Assembly (NCBI GenBank): GCA_018828385.1
Contig: JAHJVE010000009.1
Coordinates: 36,910-100,909 of the forward strand
From: Gammaproteobacteria bacterium
Lineage (GTDB): Bacteria > Pseudomonadota > Gammaproteobacteria > Burkholderiales > Rhodocyclaceae
Length of the DNA: 64,000 nt
Reading direction: 5' to 3'
Below the pieces are notes generated by a model. The model ran no database searches and had not been told where the DNA came from. It worked only from the letters and a program-made list of their open reading frames with translations. Made by a program: the position numbers and the translations under genes. Of this stretch, positions 21,362-29,732 are shown one piece after another; position 1 is the stretch's first letter; the number at the start of each line of letters is the position of its first letter.

Positions 21362-23188
21362 TTATTGCCCGCGCAGAAACAGTTTGTCGAGTTCGTTGAG
21401 CGACAGTTCCGTCCACGTCGGCCGGCCGTGGTTGCACTGGCCGGCGCGTTCGGTTTCTTCCATCTGGCGGAGCAGGGCGTTCATTTCCGGAACCGTGAGC
21501 AGGCGGCGGGCGCGGACGGCGCCGTGGCAGGCCATGGTGGCGAGGAGTTCGTTGCGCCGGGCGGTGGCGAGCTGGGTGATGCCGTGTTCGCGCAGTTCGG
21601 TGATCAGCGACTTGGCCAGCGCGGCCGGATCGCCGGATTGGAGCAGGGCGGGGACGGCGCGGACGCCGAGCTGATTCGGGCCGAGCGGGGCGATCTGGAA
21701 ACCGAGGTCGGCCAGCGCCTCGGCGTGTTCTTCGACGGCGGCGATGTCGAGCGGGTCGGCCGAGAAGACGGCCGGGATGAGCAGCGATTGCGTGGCGATC
21801 TGACGGTGGTCGAAGGCGGTTTTGAGCTTTTCGTAGAGGATGCGCTCGTGCGCCGCGTGCATGTCGATGAGGATCAGGCCGCGGGCGTTCTGGGCCAGGA
21901 TGTAGATGCCGTGCAGCTGGGCCAGGGCGTAGCCGAGCGGCGGGCCGGCGCTGTCGGGCGGCGGGCTGTCATTGCCACGGTCAACCGGAAAATTGGCCTG
22001 AAATTGAAATGTCGTGGCCGGGCCGGCGGACGATGGCGAAACCTGCTGCGCGGCGCGGGCGAAGGCGAGGTAGGCGGCAGCCGCCGGTTCGGCGACGCCG
22101 AGGCTGCCTTGATGACGGAGCGGCGGGGCGTATTCGGAATTTGGCCGATTTTGCGCGTTGACCGTAGCAGTCTCGCGTTCGACCAGCGCCGGCGCGGCTT
22201 CGGCCTGGACCGGCGCGGCCAGCGTGCGCTGGATGGCGTGGAAGACGAACTGGTGCATGGCGCGCGAATCGCGGAAGCGGACTTCGGTCTTGGCCGGGTG
22301 CACATTGACGTCGACCAGCGCCGGGTCGATGTTGACGAACAGGCAGACGGCCGGCTGGCGGCTGCCGTGCAGCACGTCGCGGTAGGCCTCGCGCAGGGCA
22401 TGGCTGATGATCTTGTCGCGCACGAAACGGCCGTTGACGAAGACGTACTGGCCATCCTTGGCATCGGTCGCGCGCGTCGGATCGATGGCAAAGCCGACGA
22501 TGGACAACGGGCCGGCGCCGGCCTCGACAGCGCGGGCCGCGCCGAGGAAGTCGTCGCCGAGGATGTCGGCAATGCGCCGCGGCGCGTCGGCCGGGGCGAG
22601 CTGGAACAGGTTGCGGCCGTTGTGGGTCAGGCTGATCGCCACATCCGGCCGGGTCAGCGCCAGCCGGCGGACGGCGTCCGCGCAGTGGGCGAACTCGGTG
22701 CTTTCCGATTTCAAGAACTTGCGGCGGGCCGGGGTGTTGAAATAGAGGTCGCGCATCTCGACGACGGTGCCGGCCATCAGGGCGGCTGGTTCGGGTTCGG
22801 CTCCAGGCTCACCTTTCAGTTTCCAGGCATGGCCGGCGCCGCGTTCGCGACTCGTGATGCTCAGCCGGGCAACGGAAGCGACGGAGGCCAGCGCCTCGCC
22901 CCGAAAGCCAAGGGTGCCGACGCATTCAAGGTCGTCGAGGCTGGCAATCTTGGAAGTAGCATGCCGGGTCAGCGCCAGCGCCAGTTCGTCCCTGGCAATG
23001 CCGCAGCCATCATCGGTGATGCGGATCAGCTTGACGCCGCCTTCTTCGAGATGCACCTGAATCGCCTTGCTGCCGGCATCGAGGCTGTTTTCGAGGAGTT
23101 CCTTAAGGACGGAAGCAGGTCTTTCGACCACTTCGCCAGCAGCAATCTGGCTGATCAGTAGGTCGGGGAGGCGGGCAATGGTCGGCAT
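21362..23188 (-). CDS. mutL: DNA mismatch repair endonuclease MutL
   Basis: [54 protein letters not shown]. Confidence 0.97.
   Translation of the reverse strand: MPTIARLPDLLISQIAAGEVVERPASVLKELLENSLDAGSKAIQVHLEEGGVKLIRITDDGCGIARDELALALTRHATSKIASLDDLECVGTLGFRGEALASVASVARLSITSRERGAGHAWKLKGEPGAEPEPAALMAGTVVEMRDLYFNTPARRKFLKSESTEFAHCADAVRRLALTRPDVAISLTHNGRNLFQLAPADAPRRIADILGDDFLGAARAVEAGAGPLSIVGFAIDPTRATDAKDGQYVFVNGRFVRDKIISHALREAYRDVLHGSRQPAVCLFVNIDPALVDVNVHPAKTEVRFRDSRAMHQFVFHAIQRTLAAPVQAEAAPALVERETATVNAQNRPNSEYAPPLRHQGSLGVAEPAAAAYLAFARAAQQVSPSSAGPATTFQFQANFPVDRGNDSPPPDSAGPPLGYALAQLHGIYILAQNARGLILIDMHAAHERILYEKLKTAFDHRQIATQSLLIPAVFSADPLDIAAVEEHAEALADLGFQIAPLGPNQLGVRAVPALLQSGDPAALAKSLITELREHGITQLATARRNELLATMACHGAVRARRLLTVPEMNALLRQMEETERAGQCNHGRPTWTELSLNELDKLFLRGQ
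21975..22011 (-). repeat. Dispersed TTGACCGT motif (in mutL linker)
   Basis: Reverse complement CATTTCAATTTCAGGCCAATTTTCCGGTTGACCGTGG. Confidence 0.9.
22131..22167 (+). repeat. Dispersed TTGACCGT motif (in mutL linker)
   Basis: TATTCGGAATTTGGCCGATTTTGCGCGTTGACCGTAG. Confidence 0.85.
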
Positions 23189-23246
23189 CGGCGGATTATC
23201 CCAGATTGCTTTGCTTGGAGTGTGGCGTTGAAGCGGGAACAGAATG

Positions 23247-23263
23247 TGTCGGGAAACTTGACA
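23247..23263. promoter_or_regulatory. TGT-N11-ACA enhancer-like site upstream of PEP-CTERM gene
   Basis: TGTCGGGAAACTTGACA ~130 bp upstream of start; resembles the PEP-CTERM-associated enhancer box. Confidence 0.45.
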
Positions 23264-23393
23264 GTGTTCATGAGTGTGCGATGAAGCGACTTTGTGATTG
23301 CTGGCAATTTATTGATTTAATGTGTTTACTTTGTTTTGGTATTGTTATTGCTTTGTTCCGCGGATCACTGATTCCTTATGCGTTAGGAGCAAC

Positions 23394-23978
23394 ATGGCTA
23401 AACTGTCGATCGCCGCGATTCTTGCGATGTTATTCATTGGCTCCGCTCAGGCAGGAGTTGTTTACGACGAATCTGTGAATGGAGATTTTGCAGATTTTTC
23501 CAGCGTAGATCTCGGGTTTTCTGCCGGCTCGAATCTGGTTAAAGGTAGCGGCGTTTTTTCCAGTGACAGTACCGATTTTGATGGTTTTATGTTTCATCTG
23601 GGATCGGGGCAAAGCTTGGTTGGCATTACCCTTCAAGTGTTGAACCGGAATGTGAGTACTTCAACGTCGTCTTTGAATGCCATTTGGAATCTCAGGTTGG
23701 ACGATTACTCCGGTCTGATCTTGAGTTCTATGGGGGCCGCCAATATTCTCGATTCAGCAAACCAGGATTTCTTTGGGGATGCGCTGATACTGGGTGTCGG
23801 AACTTATGCTTTTACGCCGGTTGAGTTGGATAGGGTCGGCTCTGGTGGAAGCTGGGATTATCAAATTGAATTTGTCGTGCGCGAGGACGGCCAGGTGCCT
23901 GAGCCGGGTAGTCTGGCTCTGTTGGGTTTGAGCCTTGCCGGATTGGCTTTTGTGCGGCGGAACAAAAAGACTTATTGA
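23394..23978 (+). CDS. PEP-CTERM-anchored surface protein, low GC
   Basis: AGGAG RBS, signal peptide (SAQA), C-terminal VPEPGSLALLGLSLAGLAFVRRNKK. Confidence 0.88.
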   Translation: MAKLSIAAILAMLFIGSAQAGVVYDESVNGDFADFSSVDLGFSAGSNLVKGSGVFSSDSTDFDGFMFHLGSGQSLVGITLQVLNRNVSTSTSSLNAIWNLRLDDYSGLILSSMGAANILDSANQDFFGDALILGVGTYAFTPVELDRVGSGGSWDYQIEFVVREDGQVPEPGSLALLGLSLAGLAFVRRNKKTY

Positions 23979-24000
23979 TCTTTCCCGAGTTCGAATGAAA

Positions 24001-24028
24001 GGCCAGGCATCGCTGCCTGGCCTTTTTT
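24001..24028 (+). terminator. Rho-independent terminator
   Basis: GGCCAGGCA-TCGC-TGCCTGGCC followed by T6. Confidence 0.85.
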
Positions 24029-24092
24029 GTTCCACCTAACGCAGTCAGCCCATAAGGTAAAATGCGCCGTCATTCAAACCCCGGCGCCCCGC

Positions 24093-24734
24093 ATGGAACT
24101 CCTGACCCAATTCATTGATATCGTCCTTCACCTCGACAAGCATCTGGCCGTGATGGTGCTGGAGTACGGGCTGTGGATCTACGGCATCCTGTTTTTCATC
24201 ATCTTTGCCGAAACCGGGTTTGTCGTGACGCCCTTTCTGCCGGGCGATTCGCTGCTTTTTGTGGCGGGGGCGCTGGCCGCCATCGGCGAGGGCGGCATGG
24301 ATATTTTCACGCTGATGGGCGTGCTGACGGCGGCGGCGGTGCTTGGCAATACGGTCAACTACCAGATCGGGCGTTTTCTCGGGCCCAAGGTTTTTCATTG
24401 GGAAAACTCGCGTTTCTTCAACCGCGACGCGCTGATCAAGACGCACGCGTTTTATGAAAAACATGGCGGCAAGACGCTGGTCATTTCGCGCTTCCTGCCG
24501 CTGTTCCGGACCTTTGCGCCGTTTGTCGCCGGCATCGGCTCGATGACCTACGCGCGGTTCACGATATTCAACCTGATCGGTGCGCTGGGCTGGGTTGTTT
24601 CGCTATGTCTGGCCGGCTACTGGCTGGGCAACATGCCGTGGGTCAAGGCCAATCTGTCGGTGATCATCATCGGCATCATCGTTTCCTCGCTCATCCCCAT
24701 CGGCTGGGGCTACCTGAAGAGCAAGGAAGCCTGA
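24093..24734 (+). CDS. dedA: DedA family membrane protein
   Basis: FAETGFVVTPFLPGDSLLF, RFLPLFRTFAPFVAG. Confidence 0.92.
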   Translation: MELLTQFIDIVLHLDKHLAVMVLEYGLWIYGILFFIIFAETGFVVTPFLPGDSLLFVAGALAAIGEGGMDIFTLMGVLTAAAVLGNTVNYQIGRFLGPKVFHWENSRFFNRDALIKTHAFYEKHGGKTLVISRFLPLFRTFAPFVAGIGSMTYARFTIFNLIGALGWVVSLCLAGYWLGNMPWVKANLSVIIIGIIVSSLIPIGWGYLKSKEA

Positions 24735-25438
24735 TGCGCTGGCTGGCCGTCATCCTCGTTCTGACGCTGACGGCCTGTTCAACGAAGCTGGGCCGGGACG
24801 GCCGGACGGAATCCACGGTCAACCCGAAATATTTGCTCAAATCGGAAGTCGACCGTATCGCCGACACCAATCGGGCCGAGGTGGTCAGTGGTCTGCTGCT
24901 GATCGCCGACAAGCTTTACAAGCGCAACCCGAAGGAATGGAAGAAGGGCGGCGCGGTCAGTCGTGAGGCAGCGGTCGACCGCTTGCGCCAGCGTCAGCAC
25001 GGCAGCTGGGCTGAATTCAGCGGTCTGCACGAAGGGGCGATAGCGTCGCTGGCCTTTACCGAAATTTATAGCGGCGACCGCGTCATGGCCTTGATCTACG
25101 GGCTGCTCAGCATGGTCGATGCGGCTTTCGAGCACAAGGACGAGTTTTACCTCCTCGACAGCCTCAACGAAATGAAGCTCTACAACAGCGCGCGCAACAT
25201 GGATGTCGCCATCTGGAAGCTCGGCCATGACCGCACGGCGGCCGGCGAGCTGTTCCTGCTTTCGAACGAGCTCGATCCGGCCAACCGCAATCTCTCTTTC
25301 GAGCGCGAATTCGGCCGCGTCATGGGGCTCCTCGATTTCATGGCCAAGGTCGTTGCCGACCGCAATGGCCGCACCTTTTCCCGGCTGAGCCAGTCCGTGG
25401 CCAGCGCCATCTTTCTACCCGTGAGTTTTTTGAAATGA
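24734..25438 (+). CDS. Hypothetical lipoprotein
   Basis: TGATG coupling with dedA; lipobox LTAC; ATGA overlap with purN. Confidence 0.8.
   Translation: MRWLAVILVLTLTACSTKLGRDGRTESTVNPKYLLKSEVDRIADTNRAEVVSGLLLIADKLYKRNPKEWKKGGAVSREAAVDRLRQRQHGSWAEFSGLHEGAIASLAFTEIYSGDRVMALIYGLLSMVDAAFEHKDEFYLLDSLNEMKLYNSARNMDVAIWKLGHDRTAAGELFLLSNELDPANRNLSFEREFGRVMGLLDFMAKVVADRNGRTFSRLSQSVASAIFLPVSFLK
24813..24849 (-). repeat. Dispersed TTGACCGT motif (in lipoprotein gene)
   Basis: Reverse complement GATTTGAGCAAATATTTCGGGTTGACCGTGG. Confidence 0.75.
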
Positions 25439-26097
25439 AGAAGATCGTCATCCTGATTTCCGGCCGTGGCAGCAACATGGAGGCGCTCATCGCCGCCCGC
25501 GATGCCGGCAATCTGCCCGTCAACATCGCTGCCGTGATCAGCAACCGGCCCGACGCCGCCGGACTCGAAACGGCGGCCCGGGCCAGCATCCCGACGCACT
25601 TCATCAACCACAAGGCCTTCGCCGGGCGCGAGGCTTTCGACAGCCGGCTGGCCCAATGCATCGACGAATTCGAACCCGACCTCGTCGTTCTCGCCGGTTT
25701 CATGCGCATTTTGTCCGATGGTTTCGTCCGCCACTACGCCGGCCGGCTCATCAACATCCATCCCTCGCTGCTACCGTCGTTTCCCGGCCTGCACACCCAC
25801 CAGCGGGCGCTTGAGGAAGGCGTGCGCATCCACGGCTGCACCGTGCATTTCGTCACGCCGGCCCTCGATCATGGTCCGGTCATCGTCCAGGCCGCCGTGC
25901 CGGTGCTCGATGGCGACGACGAGGCCAGCCTGGCCGCCCGCGTCCTGCGTCAGGAACACCTTGTTTACCCGCAGGCCGTGCGCTGGTTTGCCGAAGGCAA
26001 GCTGACACTGGAAAACGGTCGCGTCCGCCTGGCCGCCGAACTGGCCGAGCCGGCCGCCCTCGTTTCGCCCGTCCTCGCCGCGTCCGGGATACGCTGA
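25435..26097 (+). CDS. purN: Phosphoribosylglycinamide formyltransferase
   Basis: ILISGRGSNM, LAGFMRIL, NIHPSLLP, HFVTPALDHGP. Confidence 0.97.
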   Translation: MKKIVILISGRGSNMEALIAARDAGNLPVNIAAVISNRPDAAGLETAARASIPTHFINHKAFAGREAFDSRLAQCIDEFEPDLVVLAGFMRILSDGFVRHYAGRLINIHPSLLPSFPGLHTHQRALEEGVRIHGCTVHFVTPALDHGPVIVQAAVPVLDGDDEASLAARVLRQEHLVYPQAVRWFAEGKLTLENGRVRLAAELAEPAALVSPVLAASGIR

Positions 26098-26103
26098 GAC
26101 GAA

Positions 26104-27069
26104 ATGCCGCTCGCCTTCGTCATCGCGCTCGCCGCATCGCTTGGCATTCATGCCGCCGCGCTGTTCGGGACCGATGTCGAGATCTTCGGCGGGGCGGACG
26201 AACCGGCACCTCTGCTGGTCGATTTGCAACCGCCACCGGCGCCTCCGCCGGCCGCTGAACCAAAGCCGGCCCTCAAACCTCGCCCGAAACCGGCCAGGCA
26301 GGCCCCGCTGAGCACCGCCAAACCGTCGCCCAAAGCCGAATCCGTGGCCCCGGTCGCGGCGCCGGAAAGCCCGCCTGCCGAAATTGCCCCGAATTTGCCG
26401 TCGACCGTAGCAAACAAGGCCCCGGCGCCGGCCAAGCCGCTGCTGCCGGCCAAAGGCCGCATGCGTTTCGTCATTTACTACGGCACCCAGGGCTTTGAGA
26501 TCGGTCGCGCCGAACACCGCTGGGAATTCACCGAGGACGGCCGTTACCGGCTCGCTGGCATGACTGAAACCACGGGTCTGGTCGCCCTCTTCAAACCGCT
26601 TGTCTTCGAGAACGAAAGCAGCGGCCGACTGGTCGCCGGCGGCCTGCAGCCGGAAACCTACCGGACGCGCAAGAACGGCAAGGACGCCAACGAAAATGCC
26701 GATTTTGACTGGTCGACCGTAGCAGTCCGCCTGTCGCGCAGCGGCGCCAGCCAGCCGGTCAGCCGTGGCGCCCAGGACATCCTGTCGCTCAACTACCAGC
26801 TTGCCTACCTGCGCAATCCGGAAGGCGGGACGACGGTCGGCGTCGTCACCGGCAAGAAGTACGACCGTTTCGCCCTTGATTCGCTGGGCGAAGAGGAAAT
26901 CGACCTCCCGGCCGGCCATTTTCGCACCCTGCACCTGCGCGCCATGGGCGATACGGTGACCGAAATCTGGATTGCCCTCGACCGTCACCGCCTACCGGTT
27001 AAAATTCGCTACACCGATAAAAAAGGCGACATCTTCGAGCAAGTCGCCACCGAGATTGGATCACCATGA
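26104..27069 (+). CDS. DUF3108-like protein with Pro-rich linker
   Basis: N-terminal SLGIHAAAL TM, Pro-rich linker, QDILSLNYQL, EIWIA...LPVKIR; usual neighbour of purN/rsmB. Confidence 0.75.
   Translation: MPLAFVIALAASLGIHAAALFGTDVEIFGGADEPAPLLVDLQPPPAPPPAAEPKPALKPRPKPARQAPLSTAKPSPKAESVAPVAAPESPPAEIAPNLPSTVANKAPAPAKPLLPAKGRMRFVIYYGTQGFEIGRAEHRWEFTEDGRYRLAGMTETTGLVALFKPLVFENESSGRLVAGGLQPETYRTRKNGKDANENADFDWSTVAVRLSRSGASQPVSRGAQDILSLNYQLAYLRNPEGGTTVGVVTGKKYDRFALDSLGEEEIDLPAGHFRTLHLRAMGDTVTEIWIALDRHRLPVKIRYTDKKGDIFEQVATEIGSP
26374..26410 (+). repeat. Dispersed motif, TCGACCGT variant (in DUF3108 gene)
   Basis: GAAATTGCCCCGAATTTGCCGTCGACCGTAG. Confidence 0.65.
26686..26722 (+). repeat. Dispersed motif, TCGACCGT variant (in DUF3108 gene)
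   Basis: GAAAATGCCGATTTTGACTGGTCGACCGTAG. Confidence 0.6.
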
Positions 27070-28328
27070 AAGCCCGCTTCACACCCGCCCTGTTTGCCCA
27101 CGCCGAAGCCGTTCTCGGCCTGCTGCTGCGCTTCGATTACCCGGCCGACGCCGTCGTTTCACGCTATTTCCGCGAACATCGCGAGCTCGGCCACGCCGAC
27201 CGCGCCTTCGTCGCCGAAACGGTTTTTGCCGTGCTGCGGCGCGGCCGTAGCCTCGAAGCCCGCTGCGCCGGCAAGCTCTCTGATCGCCGTCGTTTGCTCG
27301 TCGCCCTGGCTGTCACCCGCGGCTGGAGCCAGCGCGAACTGGCCCCGGTCCTCAAGGCCAGCGAAGAAGAATGGCTGGCCGCCGCCAAAGCCATGCCGGA
27401 AGCCGACTTTCCGCCAGCCGTCCGCTGCGATTTGCCGGACTGGTTGTACAGCCGCCTCGAAGCCCAGTTCGGCGCCGACGAAACGCTGGCCCTGTCGCAT
27501 GCGCTGAACCTGCCGGCGCCGCTCGACCTGCGCGTCAATACGCTCAAAGCCAATCGTGAAGAGGTGCTTGCCAAGCTGGCCGAAGACGGCATCGCTGCCA
27601 TGCCCGGCCCGCTCTCGCCGATTGCCGTGCGCCTGCGCGACAAGCCGGCGCTGGCCAAACATCCGCTGTTCGTCGAAGGGGCCGTCGAGGTCCAGGACGA
27701 AGGCAGCCAGTTGCTCGGTTACCTGCTCGAACCGAAGCGTAGCGAAATGGTTGTCGATTTTTGCGCCGGTGCCGGCGGCAAAACGCTGCTCCTCGGTGCC
27801 CTGATGCGCAACACCGGCCGGCTCTACGCCTACGACGTCTCCGACAAGCGCCTGGCCAACCTCAAGCCGCGCCTGGCCCGGTCCGGCCTGTCGAACGTCC
27901 ATCCGGCCCGCATTGAGCACGAGCGCGACACGAAGATCAAGCGCCTGGCTGGCAAGGCCGACCGCGTGCTGGTCGATGCGCCGTGTTCCGGCCTGGGCAC
28001 CCTGCGCCGCAATCCCGACCTCAAGTGGCGGCAGGATGAAGCCTCGGTGGCCGAACTGACCGTAAAGCAACTGTCGATTCTCGAAGCCGCATCAACCATG
28101 GTCCGCCCCGGTGGTCGTCTGGTTTATGCCACCTGCAGCCTGTTGACCGCAGAAAACGACGACATCGTCGCCGCTTTCCTGGCCAAGCATCCCGATTTCA
28201 CGCTGGTTCCGGCCTCGACCATTCTCGCCAAACAAGGCATCGCCTTCGACGGCGACATGCTGCGTCTGCTACCGAATACACACAACACCGACGGCTTCTT
28301 CGCCGCGGCGCTGGAAAAGAAGGCATGA
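27066..28328 (+). CDS. RsmB/NOP-family SAM-dependent RNA m5C methyltransferase
   Basis: VQDEGSQ, DFCAGAGGKT, DAPCSGLGTLRRNPD, YATCS, DGFF. Confidence 0.92.
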   Translation: MKARFTPALFAHAEAVLGLLLRFDYPADAVVSRYFREHRELGHADRAFVAETVFAVLRRGRSLEARCAGKLSDRRRLLVALAVTRGWSQRELAPVLKASEEEWLAAAKAMPEADFPPAVRCDLPDWLYSRLEAQFGADETLALSHALNLPAPLDLRVNTLKANREEVLAKLAEDGIAAMPGPLSPIAVRLRDKPALAKHPLFVEGAVEVQDEGSQLLGYLLEPKRSEMVVDFCAGAGGKTLLLGALMRNTGRLYAYDVSDKRLANLKPRLARSGLSNVHPARIEHERDTKIKRLAGKADRVLVDAPCSGLGTLRRNPDLKWRQDEASVAELTVKQLSILEAASTMVRPGGRLVYATCSLLTAENDDIVAAFLAKHPDFTLVPASTILAKQGIAFDGDMLRLLPNTHNTDGFFAAALEKKA

Positions 28329-29599
28329 GCGAGAAAACCCAGGCCCTGCGCCTGATCAACGACCTGGTAGCGGATTTTCGCAATCCGGATTTCGTCTGGC
28401 AGGTCGTCGCGCTGCTTGCCTGTATCGGCGTCGCCGCGCTGATTGCCGCGTGGTGGCGCGGCCGTCGTACCGAAGGCGAAGGACGGCTGTCCGATGCCAG
28501 TTCGCGGCTCGCCTTCCCGCTTACCGGCATGGTCCTGACCGGCTTCGCCATCGCCACTCTCGGTTCGTTCCTGAGCGTCAATCTGCTCAGGCTGGCCATG
28601 CCGCTGTTCGGCTCAATGGCGCTCGTGCGCAGTGTCGTTTTCGTGCTTCGCCATGCTTTCCCGCAGGCGACCTGGCTGACCGCCTGGGAACGCATCATCG
28701 CGGCCATCGTCTGGGGCTGGCTGGCGCTCTATATCACCGATCTGGCGCCATACGTCATCGAAGCGCTGGAGACGGTACGCTTCCACGTCGGCCAGCAGCA
28801 AGTCGATCTATGGGCCGTCCTGCGCGGCATCGCCACCATCTTCCTGACCGTTGTCTTCGCCCTGTGGATCGCCGGCGTCATCGAGGTGCGGCTGATGGGC
28901 GTCCATTCGCTCGACGCCAATCTGCGCATTGTCGGCGTGCGCGTCGCCAAGGCCGGCCTGACGGTGGTTGCCATCCTGGCCAGCCTGGGCATGGTCGGCA
29001 TCGACATGACGGCGCTCTCGGTGTTCACCGGCGCCCTCGGCGTCGGCCTCGGTTTCGGCTTGCAGAAGATCGCCAGCAATTACGTTTCCGGCTTCATCAT
29101 CCTGCTCGACCGCTCGATCCGCATCGGCAACATCATCCAGGTCGGCACCGATGTCGGCGAGGTGACGCAGATCACGACGCGCTACACCGTGCTCAAGCAC
29201 CCGGGCGGCAGTGAGTTCATCGTGCCGAACGAAACGCTGATCAGCAGCACGGTGCAGAACCAGACCTACTCCGATAGCCGCCTGCGCCTCGTCACCACGG
29301 TTGGCGTCGCCTACGACAGCGATCTCGATCTGGCCATGCGCCTGATGAGCGAGGCCGCCGCGGCCCATCCACGCGTGCTGGCCGAGCCACCGCCCAAGGT
29401 CTTTTTGACCCAGTTTGCCGACAGTTCGATTAATCTTGAACTCGGTTTCTGGATCGTCGACCCCGAAGCCGGCAAGGGCAACATCGTTTCCGAGGTCAAT
29501 GTCGCGCTGTGGCGGGCCTTCAAGGAAAACGGCGTGGCCATCCCCTTCCCGCAGCGCGAAGTACGGCTCCTCAATCCGGCGCATATGGCAGCGACCTAG
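28325..29599 (+). CDS. MscS-family mechanosensitive channel
   Basis: GALGVGLGFGLQKIASNYVSG, IVPNE, FADSSINLEL, IPFPQRE. Confidence 0.92.
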   Translation: MSEKTQALRLINDLVADFRNPDFVWQVVALLACIGVAALIAAWWRGRRTEGEGRLSDASSRLAFPLTGMVLTGFAIATLGSFLSVNLLRLAMPLFGSMALVRSVVFVLRHAFPQATWLTAWERIIAAIVWGWLALYITDLAPYVIEALETVRFHVGQQQVDLWAVLRGIATIFLTVVFALWIAGVIEVRLMGVHSLDANLRIVGVRVAKAGLTVVAILASLGMVGIDMTALSVFTGALGVGLGFGLQKIASNYVSGFIILLDRSIRIGNIIQVGTDVGEVTQITTRYTVLKHPGGSEFIVPNETLISSTVQNQTYSDSRLRLVTTVGVAYDSDLDLAMRLMSEAAAAHPRVLAEPPPKVFLTQFADSSINLELGFWIVDPEAGKGNIVSEVNVALWRAFKENGVAIPFPQREVRLLNPAHMAAT

Positions 29600-29732
29600 T
29601 ACTTCCCCCTGATGGGGAATTGGGGTATATCGATGTTTGCTAAAATGCCTCGCCGGCCTCTGGCTTGCAATCCGAACTCCCACGGGCTGGCCGGGGATTT
29701 TCAGCTTTGGGGCGGTTTGCCCGACGACTGCC

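Noticed and set aside
23301-23316. Sigma-54 promoter CTGGCAATTTATTGAT upstream of the PEP-CTERM gene
   Set aside because: GG-to-GC spacing is one base short and the -12 element reads GA, so it was not called.
8463-24358. Core-only ACGGTCAA at 8463 and 24351, plus TAGACCGT at 46079 and a partial match at 61441
   Set aside because: They lack the correctly phased A/T tracts or the core, so they were left out of the motif tally.
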